Source: Piscinibacter sp. (GTDB taxonomy: Bacteria; Pseudomonadota; Gammaproteobacteria; Burkholderiales; Burkholderiaceae_C). Taken from it: a stretch of 64,000 nucleotides of DNA. The notes beneath the pieces are model-generated. The model was not told the DNA's origin, made no database searches, and was given only the letters and a program-made list of their open reading frames with translations. The stretch lies in NCBI RefSeq assembly GCF_016706565.1, contig NZ_JADJJI010000005.1, one strand, 5' to 3'. Shown here in pieces: positions 53,450-62,165 of the stretch. A program made the translations under genes and the position numbers. Positions within the stretch are counted from its first letter, which is position 1. Each line of letters begins with the position of its first letter.

Positions 53450-54289
53450 TCAGGCCTCGATGCTGCGCACGAGATGCAGCGCAGCGCCTGCCGAGAGGTT
53501 CAGCAGCGCGGCGATGTCGGCCACGTCGTCGGGGATCGCGGCGTTGTCCCAGCCGCCGGCCGTGTGGCGCGCCAGGCGCACCGCCAGCAGCACGTTGCGC
53601 ACGCTGGCCCGCTCGGCATGGTGGTCGTCGCTGATGCGGATGAGCAGCTCCGGCAGCCGCCAGGCCTTCATCAGCGCCTGCTGCAGGTCGGCGAGCTGAA
53701 TGCCCAGCACCTCCTGCTGGATGGCGGCCGAACGCAGCGTCGGGTCGGCGCGCTGCGCCTGACGGATGCGCAGGGCCAGCGACGGTGCGTGGCACCACAG
53801 CAGCATCTCGGCGAAGTCATGCAGCAGCGCGGCCTCGTGGATCACCGGGGCGTCCGGGTCCATGCGATGTACCGCGAAACCAAGCGCGAAGTTGGCGCCG
53901 CGGTGAGCGCGTTGGATCACCTCTTTCAGCCCGTCCAGCGCCTCGGGGTGGGCGGCCAGCCGCTGTGCCGTCGTGGGCTGCGGGCCGAACACCCGGAAGA
54001 ACGGCGAGATGCCCATCATCACCAGCGTGGCGGTGACGGTTTCGGTGTCGGTCACCACGCGGGCCGGCCGGTGCGTTGCCGCATAAGACAGCACCTTCAG
54101 CGTCATCAGCGGGTCGTTGGACACCATCTCGCCGATCGCGTTGGCGTCGACCGCGTCCTCGTTCTCGCGCATCGCCTCGATGGCCTCGGCGGTCTGCGCG
54201 AGCACCGGGATCTCGGCACGGCGGAAGTGCTCGGTCCAGGCCGACAGATCGCGCAGCGGTTTCGTCAGTTCGGCATAAAGGTCCGGCAT
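53450..54289 (-). CDS. HDOD domain signalling protein
   Basis: LMTLKVLSYA…LLHDFAEMLLW pattern typical of HDOD. Confidence 0.8.
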   Translation of the reverse strand: MPDLYAELTKPLRDLSAWTEHFRRAEIPVLAQTAEAIEAMRENEDAVDANAIGEMVSNDPLMTLKVLSYAATHRPARVVTDTETVTATLVMMGISPFFRVFGPQPTTAQRLAAHPEALDGLKEVIQRAHRGANFALGFAVHRMDPDAPVIHEAALLHDFAEMLLWCHAPSLALRIRQAQRADPTLRSAAIQQEVLGIQLADLQQALMKAWRLPELLIRISDDHHAERASVRNVLLAVRLARHTAGGWDNAAIPDDVADIAALLNLSAGAALHLVRSIEA

Positions 54290-54353
54290 GGCGAACCCCG
54301 AGTTCAGTGATCGTGCCTCGTTATCGGCCGGGCAGCGCGATGCTTGAGAGCGC

Positions 54354-55370
54354 TCACTTGCCGCCCAGCTTCGCCTTCACGTCCAGGCCGACCTTCTTGT
54401 TGACGAACTGGAAGGTCGCGACCTTGGACAGATCCACCTCGCCCGGCTTGTACAGCCCCGCCTTGACCATCTGCGCGTAAAAGTCCTTGATGCGGCCTTC
54501 GCTCATCGCGCCGATGCCGGCAGCCAGCGACTCGCCCGAATCGACGATGCCCTGCTGCTTCATCAGCGCGGTGGAAGCCTCGAGCTCGGCTTCGCTCATC
54601 TCGGGGTTGTCCTTCATCATCATCGCGTTGGCGGCCTTGCGATTGCCGTACAGGTAGTTCACCCAGCCGAGGATGGAGGCGTCGACGAAGCGCTGCACGA
54701 GGTCGGGCTTGTTCTTCACGGTGTCGGTGCGCGCCTCGATCACGGTGGAGTAAGTCGAGAAGCCGTGGTCGGCCAGCAGGTGCACCACGGGCTTGAACTT
54801 GCCCTGGTTCTCGACGTAGATCGGCTCGGCCACCGAGTAGCCCTGCTGGATCGCCTTCGGGTTGGCCAGGAAGGGGCCGAGGTTGTAGTTGTAGGGCTTG
54901 AGCGCCTCGTCCTTGAAGCCGTGCGTCACCTTCAGCCACTGCCACCAGCTGAACTGCCCGTCCTTGGCGATCAGCGCGAGCGGTGCGTTCTTCATCGCCT
55001 CGAAGTTCTCGTAGCCCTGGCCGGGGTGCGCGATCAGCGCCTGCGGATCCTTCTGGAACATCGCCGCGACCACTATCGTGGGCACGCCGTTCTTCACGTT
55101 GTCGAAGTTGTGCAGCAGGTTGCCCGTCATCAGGAAATCGATGCGACCGGCCGGCAGCAGCGGCCGGTTGTTCACCTGCGGCCCGCCGGGCTGGATGGTC
55201 ACGTCCAGGCTGTACCTCTTGTAAGTGCCATCGGCCACCGCCTGGTAGAAGCCGCCGTGCGCGGCCTGCGCCTTCCAGTTGGTGGCGAAGGTCACCTTGT
55301 CCTGTGCCAGCGCAGGCGTCGCCAGCAGCGCCGTCAGCGTGGCAATCATCATCGATGAGCGGTGGTTCAT
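54354..55370 (-). CDS. ABC transporter substrate-binding protein (NMT1/THI5, NitT/TauT family)
   Basis: Signal peptide, then KVTFATNWKAQAAHGGFYQAVADGTYKRYSLDV, typical of NMT1/ThiY-like binding proteins. Confidence 0.85.
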   Translation of the reverse strand: MNHRSSMMIATLTALLATPALAQDKVTFATNWKAQAAHGGFYQAVADGTYKRYSLDVTIQPGGPQVNNRPLLPAGRIDFLMTGNLLHNFDNVKNGVPTIVVAAMFQKDPQALIAHPGQGYENFEAMKNAPLALIAKDGQFSWWQWLKVTHGFKDEALKPYNYNLGPFLANPKAIQQGYSVAEPIYVENQGKFKPVVHLLADHGFSTYSTVIEARTDTVKNKPDLVQRFVDASILGWVNYLYGNRKAANAMMMKDNPEMSEAELEASTALMKQQGIVDSGESLAAGIGAMSEGRIKDFYAQMVKAGLYKPGEVDLSKVATFQFVNKKVGLDVKAKLGGK

Positions 55371-55379
55371 GGCGCGTCC

Positions 55380-56147
55380 TCAGTCGAATTGCTCGCTAGC
55401 ATGCCACCGACCGAGCAGCGCGCGCGAGAGTGCCTCGAATGACCAGAAGATCAGCACGCCGGTGAGCACGAGCAGCAGCAGCGCGGCGAACATCTTCGGC
55501 GTCTCGGTGCGAAAGCTCGCCTCGAGGATGCGCGAGGCCAGCCCGGTCTCGCGGCCCGCCGCGCCGGCCACCATCTCGGCGGTGACGGCGCCGATCAGGC
55601 TCAGCCCGCCCGACACCTTCAGGCCCGCCACGAAGTAGGGCAGCGCGCTGGGCACGAGCAGAAGGCGCATCCGCTGCCACGGCGTGGCACGGTACAGGCG
55701 GTACAGGTCGCGCAGGTTCGGGTCGGCCGCGCGCAAGCCGATCACCGTGTTCGACAGGATCGGGAAGAAGGCGACGATCCAGGCGCACAGCAGCAGCGCC
55801 GCGGTGGTGCTTTCCACGTAGATCAGGATCAGCGGCGCGATGGCGACAATGGGCGTGACCTGCAGCACCACCGCGATCGGGAACAGTGCCGCCTCGGCGG
55901 TGCGCGACAGCGCGAACACCGAGGCGATCAGCACGCCGCCGGCGCAGGCCAGGGCCAGCGCGCCGAAGGTGATCTTCAGCGTGAACCACCAGCTGCCGGC
56001 CAGCGAGCCGAAGTTCGCTGCGAGCGTCTGCAGCACCAACGACGGCGCGGGCAGCGTGTAGTGGGGGATCTGCGCGATGCGCACCAGCGCCTCCCAGCCG
56101 AGCAGCAGGGCGACCAGCGTGAGCAGCGGCAGCGCTCGGTGCTTCAT
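55380..56147 (-). CDS. ABC transporter permease (NitT/TauT family)
   Basis: Six-TM BPD-type permease. ATG at 56147 overlaps the ATPase stop by 4 nt. Confidence 0.85.
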   Translation of the reverse strand: MKHRALPLLTLVALLLGWEALVRIAQIPHYTLPAPSLVLQTLAANFGSLAGSWWFTLKITFGALALACAGGVLIASVFALSRTAEAALFPIAVVLQVTPIVAIAPLILIYVESTTAALLLCAWIVAFFPILSNTVIGLRAADPNLRDLYRLYRATPWQRMRLLLVPSALPYFVAGLKVSGGLSLIGAVTAEMVAGAAGRETGLASRILEASFRTETPKMFAALLLLVLTGVLIFWSFEALSRALLGRWHASEQFD

Positions 56148-56905
56148 GCCGCGGGAGCCTGCGAGGCTTCCAGCGCCTGCGTCAGCGCGGCGCAGGACTG
56201 CAGGTAGGCCTGCGAGCTTCGGAACGCGGGTGGCCGCGGGTAGGGAGCATCGATGGCCACTTCGGCGACCACGCGCCCCGGCCGCGCGCTCATCACCAGC
56301 ACACGCTGGCTGAGGAACACGGCCTCGTAGAGGCTGTGGGTGACGAACATCACCGCCATCGACTGCGCCTGCCACGCCTCGAGCAGGTCGCTGTTGAGCT
56401 TCTGTCGCGTGAACTCGTCGAGCGCGGCGAAGGGTTCGTCCATCAACAGCAACTGCGGGCGCGTCACCAGCGCGCGCGCGATCGATACACGCATCTTCAT
56501 GCCGCCGGACAGTTCGTTCGGAAACGCGGCGGCGAACTCGCCCAGCCCCACGGCGGCCAGAACCGCCTCGATGCGCTCACGCGCCGCGGCGCGGCTGTCG
56601 CCGGCCAGGCGCAAGGGCAGCCAGACGTTGTCGAACACGCTGGCCCAGGGCATCAGCGTCGGCTCCTGGAAGACGAAGGCGGTCTGCGCCGACTCGTTCG
56701 CCAGCGCCGGCGCACCGATGCGGCCGGCGCTCGGCGCCTCCAGCCCGGCGGCCAGGCGCAGCACCGTGCTCTTGCCGCACCCCGAGGGGCCGATCAGCGT
56801 GACGAACTCACCCGGTGCGACCCGCAGGCTGGTGCCCGACAAGGCCTGCAGCCCGCTGGCGAAGCGCTTGTCGACCGATTCCAGCGAGACGATCGCGTCG
56901 TTCAT
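56144..56905 (-). CDS. ABC transporter ATP-binding protein (NitT/TauT family)
   Basis: Walker A GPSGCGKST, signature LSGGMKMRVSIA, Walker B LLLMDEPF. Confidence 0.9.
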   Translation of the reverse strand: MNDAIVSLESVDKRFASGLQALSGTSLRVAPGEFVTLIGPSGCGKSTVLRLAAGLEAPSAGRIGAPALANESAQTAFVFQEPTLMPWASVFDNVWLPLRLAGDSRAAARERIEAVLAAVGLGEFAAAFPNELSGGMKMRVSIARALVTRPQLLLMDEPFAALDEFTRQKLNSDLLEAWQAQSMAVMFVTHSLYEAVFLSQRVLVMSARPGRVVAEVAIDAPYPRPPAFRSSQAYLQSCAALTQALEASQAPAA

Positions 56906-58014
56906 TCCGCGAGTGACAGCACGTGGCCGTCCTGCGGCGCGGTGCGGCCGTCGAGCAGTTCGCGGTACACCGCCTCCACCGCCTGCCGGCCCTGGCCCGA
57001 CACCACCCTCAGCCAAGGTGTCTGCGCGCTCGTGACCGGCTGCATGAAGGCGATCCAGGCCGCGGCCAGACGCTGTTGCAGTCCGCCCGCTCCCCATTGT
57101 TCGATGCGCTTGCTCGCCTGCGCGGGCGCGAAGAACAAGGTCGGCCGCGGGCCGGGCAGGTCGCGGTTGGCACCCTTGGCGCCGAGCTCGTCCCAGTGCG
57201 TGCCGCCCACCGAGCAGCTGTGCATCAGGTTCGTGTCGAAGGCCTCGTGGATCTGCCGACGCAGCCCGGCGCTGCCGCTGAAGTCGATGTAGACCGCTGG
57301 CAGGCCTCGCTCGAGCTTCGCCAGCTCGTCGTACGAGAGCACCTCGTCATAACAGCCCAGCGAGCGCGTGAATGCCAGATTGCCCGCCGAGGTCAGCCCG
57401 ACGATGCGCAGCGCGCCGGCCTGGCCGCGCCGCTGCGCGAGACAGAAGGCGGTGCCGTAGGCCGTCTTGCTCGAGGCGCTGGACAGCAGCACCTGCTGCG
57501 CGCCGAAGCTGGCGTTGTCGGCCACGAAATCGTCGATCAGGAACGAGGTGGTGAACAGCGGCCGCAGCAGCGCCTGCTCGGCCTCTCGCTCGGCGCGATA
57601 GCCGGGGTCGGCGGCACAGCGCACGTAGTGGTTGTAGATCGTGTGCAGTGCACGGCGATGTTCCGCGCCGTCGAGGAAGCCGGCGGCGTTGGCCCGCGCG
57701 GGCTGCACGATCAGCTCGTCGGCGATCGGCCAGTAGCCGTAGACACGTTCGCCGACCGCCACCGACTCGTGGCGCGATTCGATCGCCGTGCCGAAGCCCC
57801 ACACCGGCAGGCAGCCGGTGGCCGCGTCGCCGCTGGGGAAGAAGTCCCAGTAGTGCATCGCGTCGCCGAAGGCGGCGTAGGTGATGTTGTTGGCGGTGAG
57901 CGCAAATCGGTCGATGCGAAAGCGCACCTCGCCGTCGGCAGGGGCCCGCGCGGGGGCCTCGTCCCATCGCGTGCTGCGCAGGTCGTGGCGGTCGATCAGC
58001 AGGCGCTGCGTCAT
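56902..58014 (-). CDS. DUF2855 family protein
   Basis: The N-terminus …FRIDRFALTANNITYAAFGDAMHYWDFFP is the characteristic DUF2855 signature. Its stop overlaps the ATPase start by 4 nt. Confidence 0.75.
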   Translation of the reverse strand: MTQRLLIDRHDLRSTRWDEAPARAPADGEVRFRIDRFALTANNITYAAFGDAMHYWDFFPSGDAATGCLPVWGFGTAIESRHESVAVGERVYGYWPIADELIVQPARANAAGFLDGAEHRRALHTIYNHYVRCAADPGYRAEREAEQALLRPLFTTSFLIDDFVADNASFGAQQVLLSSASSKTAYGTAFCLAQRRGQAGALRIVGLTSAGNLAFTRSLGCYDEVLSYDELAKLERGLPAVYIDFSGSAGLRRQIHEAFDTNLMHSCSVGGTHWDELGAKGANRDLPGPRPTLFFAPAQASKRIEQWGAGGLQQRLAAAWIAFMQPVTSAQTPWLRVVSGQGRQAVEAVYRELLDGRTAPQDGHVLSLAE

Positions 58015-58094
58015 GTCGGTTCCTCCGGTCGGGCTCGTGTGCGGCGGCCGCTCGGCGCGCCTACCATGCAGTATCGCGTCAGAAGCCTCGCCCC

Positions 58095-58949
58095 ATGCAG
58101 CACGTCAGCTTTCCCGATGGCAGCACCTGCCCCTCGCTCGGCCTGGGCACCTGGCGCATGGGCGAGTCGAAACGCGAGCGGTCGGCCGAGGTGGCCGCCG
58201 TGCGCCTGGCGCTGGAGATCGGCTACCGCGTCATCGACACCGCCGAGATGTACGGCGAGGGCGGCGCGGAAGAGGTCGTCGGCCAGGCACTCGCCGAGTC
58301 GATGCGCGCCGGCACGCTGACGCGCGACGAGGTCTTCGTCGTCAGCAAGGTCTATCCGCACAACGCCAGCCGGCAGGGCGTGCGCGATGCCTGCGAGCGC
58401 AGCCGGCGCCGCCTGGGGCTGGGGCGCATCGACCTGTACCTGCTGCACTGGCGCGGCTCGCACCGGCTCGCCGACACCGTGGCCGGCTTCGAGTCGCTCA
58501 TAGAGCACGGCCACATCGCGCGCTGGGGCGTGAGCAACTTCGACGTCGACGACATGCAGGAGCTGGTGGGCGTGAAGGGCGGCGAGGCCTGTGCGGCCAA
58601 CCAGGTCTACTACTCGCTCGGCGAGCGCGGCGCCGGCTTCGACCTGCTGCCCTGGCTGCAGCGGCACGCGATGCCGCTGATGGCCTACTGCCCGATCGAC
58701 CGTGGCCGCATCGCCGGCGACACGGCGCTGCAGCAAGTGGCCGATCGGCATGGCGCCACCGCCACGCAGGTGGCGTTGTCCTGGGTGATGCAGCAGCGCG
58801 GCGTGATGGCGATCCCGAAGGCGGTGCGCGAGGAGCACCTGCGCGAGAACCTCGCGTCGGCGTCGCTGCAGTTGTCTGCCGAGGATCTCGCGGCGATCGA
58901 CCGGCGCTTTCCGCCGCCGCGCGCGAAGACCGCGCTGGCGATGGCCTGA
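58095..58949 (+). CDS. Aldo/keto reductase
   Basis: LGLGTWRMGE, IDTAEMYGEG, IDLYLLHW, and a typical AKR C-terminal region. Confidence 0.9.
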   Translation: MQHVSFPDGSTCPSLGLGTWRMGESKRERSAEVAAVRLALEIGYRVIDTAEMYGEGGAEEVVGQALAESMRAGTLTRDEVFVVSKVYPHNASRQGVRDACERSRRRLGLGRIDLYLLHWRGSHRLADTVAGFESLIEHGHIARWGVSNFDVDDMQELVGVKGGEACAANQVYYSLGERGAGFDLLPWLQRHAMPLMAYCPIDRGRIAGDTALQQVADRHGATATQVALSWVMQQRGVMAIPKAVREEHLRENLASASLQLSAEDLAAIDRRFPPPRAKTALAMA

Positions 58950-58964
58950 AGGCAGTCGCCAAAG

Positions 58965-58998
58965 GGCACGCCCCGGACAGCCGGGCTGCCGGGGCGTG
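58965..58998. terminator. Bidirectional stem-loop between convergent genes
   Basis: GCACGCCCCGG (58965-58975) pairs with CCGGGGCGTGC (58988-58998). An internal CAGCC/GGCTG pairing is also possible. The T-tracts are weak. Confidence 0.5.
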
Positions 58999-59007
58999 CG
59001 GTCGCGG

Positions 59008-59265
59008 TCACAGGCGTTTCACGCCGCTCAGCCAGCCGACCAGCTGGCCGTCGAGGTACAGCGCACCTTCCGGTGCGCCGGCCTCGGCGTAGAACTCCAG
59101 CCGCGGGTCGGTGCGCTGGCGGCTGCGGCTCATGGTCAGGCGGCGGGCCAGGCGTGCCAGCACGGCGCTGGCACTGCGCAAGGCACCGGCCGCGGCGTGG
59201 CGGGCGACAGTGGAGGCGGGCTCCCGTTCGGGGGCCAGGCTCCAGCGGGGGGCTTTCGGGCTCAT
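59008..59265 (-). CDS. Small hypothetical protein (85 aa)
   Basis: AGGAGAG RBS 4 nt before the ATG. Arg-rich N-terminal half and a C-terminus LEFYAEAGAPEGALYLDGQLVGWLSGVKRL. No family recognised. Confidence 0.6.
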   Translation of the reverse strand: MSPKAPRWSLAPEREPASTVARHAAAGALRSASAVLARLARRLTMSRSRQRTDPRLEFYAEAGAPEGALYLDGQLVGWLSGVKRL

Positions 59266-59300
59266 CGGTCTCTCCTAGGCGCGGCGTGGCCGCGCGTCTT

Positions 59301-59462
59301 TCAGGGGGGGCTGTGTTTCATCTGGTTCAGTTCGCGCTGCAGTGCGCGCCGGCCTTCCTGCCGCATGAAGCGGGTGCCGGGCTGGTGCGTGCCGGCACGG
59401 CGGAAGTGGGCGGGCGCCACCAGCGGATTGCGGGGCTTGAGGGTCTTGACGGCGATCTTCAT
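59301..59462 (-). CDS. Small highly basic hypothetical protein (53 aa)
   Basis: Strong GAAGGAGA RBS 6 nt before the ATG. MKIAVKTLKPRNPLVAPAHFRRAGTHQPGTRFMRQEGRRALQRELNQMKHSPP has 12 Lys/Arg against 2 acidic residues. Confidence 0.65.
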   Translation of the reverse strand: MKIAVKTLKPRNPLVAPAHFRRAGTHQPGTRFMRQEGRRALQRELNQMKHSPP

Positions 59463-59747
59463 GGGCGGGTCTCCTTCGGTCGGGGCCTCTCGCGGCCCGG
59501 AAAGCACAACGGCCCGGGTGCTTGCGCATCCCGGGCCGTGAGGGCTGGTCTTGCCGGTGAGGCAGCTCAGCCCGGAGCGGGTCCGGAACGCACCTTGCAC
59601 GAACCGAGGGTTCGATGCACCGACGCCTGCGCATCGCCGAAGCGGCGCGGGCACACGGGGCAAGAGAACATCGGACGGGTCATCGGGCGCGGAATGGGTG
59701 GATCGGAGGGTGTCGCTGCGCGGAGGCCTTCGGCGCGGCTTGCGCAG

Positions 59748-59775
59748 ATGATAAAGGATTGATTATCTTTGGCAA
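59748..59775 (-). promoter_or_regulatory. Sigma-70-like promoter candidate for the small-protein operon
   Basis: On the minus strand: TTGCCA (59775-59770), 16 nt spacer, TATCAT (59753-59748). This is the only AT-rich patch in a 331-nt intergenic region. Confidence 0.4.
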
Positions 59776-59793
59776 GCCCTGTTGCGCAAACTT

Positions 59794-60345
59794 CTAGCGC
59801 TTGCGTTTCAGCGGCGCCACACCGGTCTGGGTGCGCATCCACAAGTCGGTGCCGTCGTCTCCGGGCCGTGCCGGCGGCTTGACCGGGGTTGGTGCCGCCG
59901 GCGGAGTCGGCGCGGTGGCGGACAGCACTTCGCCCAGCAGGTCGAGCAGCCTCGTGCGGGCGCGTTGCGGGTGGCGCCGGTAGTAGGTCAGCACCAGGCC
60001 GACGATGAAACGTTCGTCGTCGTCCTGCGGCACGTTGTGCGGCGGTTCCTCCGGGGTGGCGGCGCCGGGATGCGCCGCTTCGCCGTGAGGCTGGTCCATC
60101 CAGCCCGGCTGCTTGTGGCACAGCACCTCGAACTGCCGCGCGAGGCGCTCGCCGATCTGCCGCGAGCGGCTCTTGATCTGGCTCCAGTAGCTGGGCTGGA
60201 TCTGCAGCCGCTCGGCGAAGCGCCGCTCCAGCCCGCGCAGCGTGGCCGCGTCCGGGTGCTTCACGGTGGCGTGCACGAACTCGTCGAACAGCAGCAAGGC
60301 GTTGTCGAGGCGGATCTGGGCGACGTCGCGCGCACCGGGGGTCAT
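59794..60345 (-). CDS. Hypothetical protein with putative Cro/CI-like HTH segment
   Basis: ATG at 60345 ([23 protein letters not shown]). The segment [35 protein letters not shown] resembles phage-repressor-type HTH. Pro-rich, basic C-terminal tail. Family not verified. Confidence 0.6.
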   Translation of the reverse strand: MTPGARDVAQIRLDNALLLFDEFVHATVKHPDAATLRGLERRFAERLQIQPSYWSQIKSRSRQIGERLARQFEVLCHKQPGWMDQPHGEAAHPGAATPEEPPHNVPQDDDERFIVGLVLTYYRRHPQRARTRLLDLLGEVLSATAPTPPAAPTPVKPPARPGDDGTDLWMRTQTGVAPLKRKR

Positions 60346-60428
60346 GCCCCGATGATAAAGGCTGCTTGAGCAGGTCAGCGGGGGACAATCCTCGCCGCAC
60401 CGCAACAGCAGCATTTCGAAGGCTCACG

Positions 60429-61640
60429 ATGACCACGCTCGGCACCCCGCTCTCGCCCACCGCCACCAAAGTCATGCTGCTGGGCAGCGGCGAGCTGGGC
60501 AAGGAAGTGCTGATCGCGCTGCAGCGCCTGGGTGTGGAGACGATCGCGGTGGACCGCTACGAGAACGCGCCGGGCCAGCAGGTGGCGCACCACGCGCGCA
60601 CCATCGTCATGAGCGACCCCGAACAGCTGAAGGCGCTGATCGAGGCCGAACGGCCGATGCTGGTGGTGCCCGAGATCGAGGCGATCGCCACGCCGATGCT
60701 CGAACAGCTCGAGGCCAGCGGCCTGGTGCGCGTGATCCCGACGGCGCGCGCCGCGCGCCTGACGATGGACCGCGAAGGCATTCGCCGCCTGGCCGCCGAA
60801 ACGCTGCGCCTGCCCACCAGCCCGTACCGCTTTTGCGATTCGCTGGAAGAACTGCAGGCGGCCATCGATGCGGGCATCGGCTACCCCTGCATCGTCAAGC
60901 CGGTGATGAGCAGCTCGGGCAAGGGCCAGAGCAAGATCGACGGCCCGGCCGACGTGAAGAAGGCCTGGGACTACGCGATGGCCGGCGGCCGCGTCGCCAA
61001 GGGGCGGATCATCGTCGAGGGCTTCATCGACTTCGACTACGAGATCACGCTGCTGACCGTGCGCGCGACGGACGAGCGCGGTGGTGTGCAGACGCACTTC
61101 TGCGATCCGATCGGCCACGTGCAGGTCAGCGGCGACTACGTCGAGAGCTGGCAACCGCACCCGATGAGCGAATCGGCGCTGGAGCGTGCGCGGCTGATCG
61201 CGGAGGCGGTCACCGACGACCTCGGCGGCCTCGGCCTGTTCGGCGTCGAGCTGTTCGTCAAGGGCGACAAGGTCTGGTTCAGCGAAGTCTCGCCGCGGCC
61301 TCACGACACCGGCATGGTGACGATGGCCACGCAGTGGCAGAACGAATTCGAGCTGCACGCCCGCGCCATCCTCGGCCTGCCGGTGGATACCACGCTGAAG
61401 AGCCCGGGCGCCAGCGCAGTGATCTATGGCGGCGTCGACGCCCAGGGCATCGTGTTCGACGGCGTCGATGCGGCGCTGCGTGTGCCGGGCACGGAACTGC
61501 GCCTGTTCGGCAAGCCGGAGAGCTTCGTCAAGCGGCGCATGGGCGTGGCACTGGCGCGGCATGACGATGTCGAGGTGGCTCGCCAGCGAGCCAAGCAGGC
61601 GGCAGCCTGTGTGCGGCCCCGGGCCGCACAGGGCGGCTGA
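60429..61640 (+). CDS. purT: Formate-dependent phosphoribosylglycinamide formyltransferase
   Basis: [17 protein letters not shown]-grasp motifs, and C-terminal GVALA… all collinear with PurT. Confidence 0.95.
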   Translation: MTTLGTPLSPTATKVMLLGSGELGKEVLIALQRLGVETIAVDRYENAPGQQVAHHARTIVMSDPEQLKALIEAERPMLVVPEIEAIATPMLEQLEASGLVRVIPTARAARLTMDREGIRRLAAETLRLPTSPYRFCDSLEELQAAIDAGIGYPCIVKPVMSSSGKGQSKIDGPADVKKAWDYAMAGGRVAKGRIIVEGFIDFDYEITLLTVRATDERGGVQTHFCDPIGHVQVSGDYVESWQPHPMSESALERARLIAEAVTDDLGGLGLFGVELFVKGDKVWFSEVSPRPHDTGMVTMATQWQNEFELHARAILGLPVDTTLKSPGASAVIYGGVDAQGIVFDGVDAALRVPGTELRLFGKPESFVKRRMGVALARHDDVEVARQRAKQAAACVRPRAAQGG

Positions 61641-61759
61641 CGCTTCAGGTCTGTCGCTTTCGGTGCTACCCGGCAGAATTTCGTCACGTTCGCGAAGGGT
61701 GACGTCAGAAATGGGCGGGCATCTGGTTAACCTGTCGTCAGAACGAGAGGGATAAACAC

Positions 61760-62161
61760 GTGAACGCCACACTCTGGATCGGCTTGGCCGCCATCGCGCT
61801 GATGCTCGGCGTCGCGATCGGCTGGGGGATGGCGCGCTCGCGTGGCGCCGCTGAGCAACTCGCTCGCGCCGAAAAGGCCGAGCGTGCGCTCAAGGATGAG
61901 GCGGCACGTGCCCAATCGGCGATCGCCGCGGCCGCAGCCCAGGCCAGCCGCGATGTCGCCGCGCTGCAGGCCGAGATGGCCAGCCGCGTCGAGCGGCTGG
62001 CCGCGGAACACCGCGCCGAAACCGAGAAGCTCGCCAAGCACCTCGGCGATGCCTATGACGAACTCGACAAGCTGCGTGTGAAGACCACCGCAGCCGCCGG
62101 CCAGCCGCACACCGATACCGGCTACGGCTTCCCGGCGACGATGCCGCTGGGCGACCTCTAG
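61760..62161 (+). CDS. Membrane-anchored coiled-coil hypothetical protein
   Basis: GTG start preceded by GAGAGGGA. N-terminal TM helix WIGLAAIALMLGVAIGWGMA followed by an Ala/Glu/Arg-rich helical region. Confidence 0.55.
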   Translation: MNATLWIGLAAIALMLGVAIGWGMARSRGAAEQLARAEKAERALKDEAARAQSAIAAAAAQASRDVAALQAEMASRVERLAAEHRAETEKLAKHLGDAYDELDKLRVKTTAAAGQPHTDTGYGFPATMPLGDL

Positions 62162-62165
62162 GGAC

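Noticed and set aside
59749-59775. Fur-box-like sequence (minus strand GATAATCAATCCTTTATC) in the AT-rich patch.
   Set aside because: Only the two outer hexamers resemble GATAAT and its complement. The central hexamer does not, and no iron-related genes are nearby. It is treated as promoter or operator of unknown specificity.
60346-60428. ZTP/pfl-type or other purine riboswitch upstream of purT.
   Set aside because: The spacer is only 83 nt, and I could not recognise the conserved pfl motif elements. It is more economically explained as a divergent promoter region.
59567-60502. 311-aa ORF covering the putative HTH gene region in another frame.
   Set aside because: Low-complexity Arg/Ala/Pro translation. 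The 59794-60345 frame has more protein-like composition and a plausible start. Only the final 38 codons, which lie in the intergenic leader, are kept as a speculative mini-ORF in the findings.
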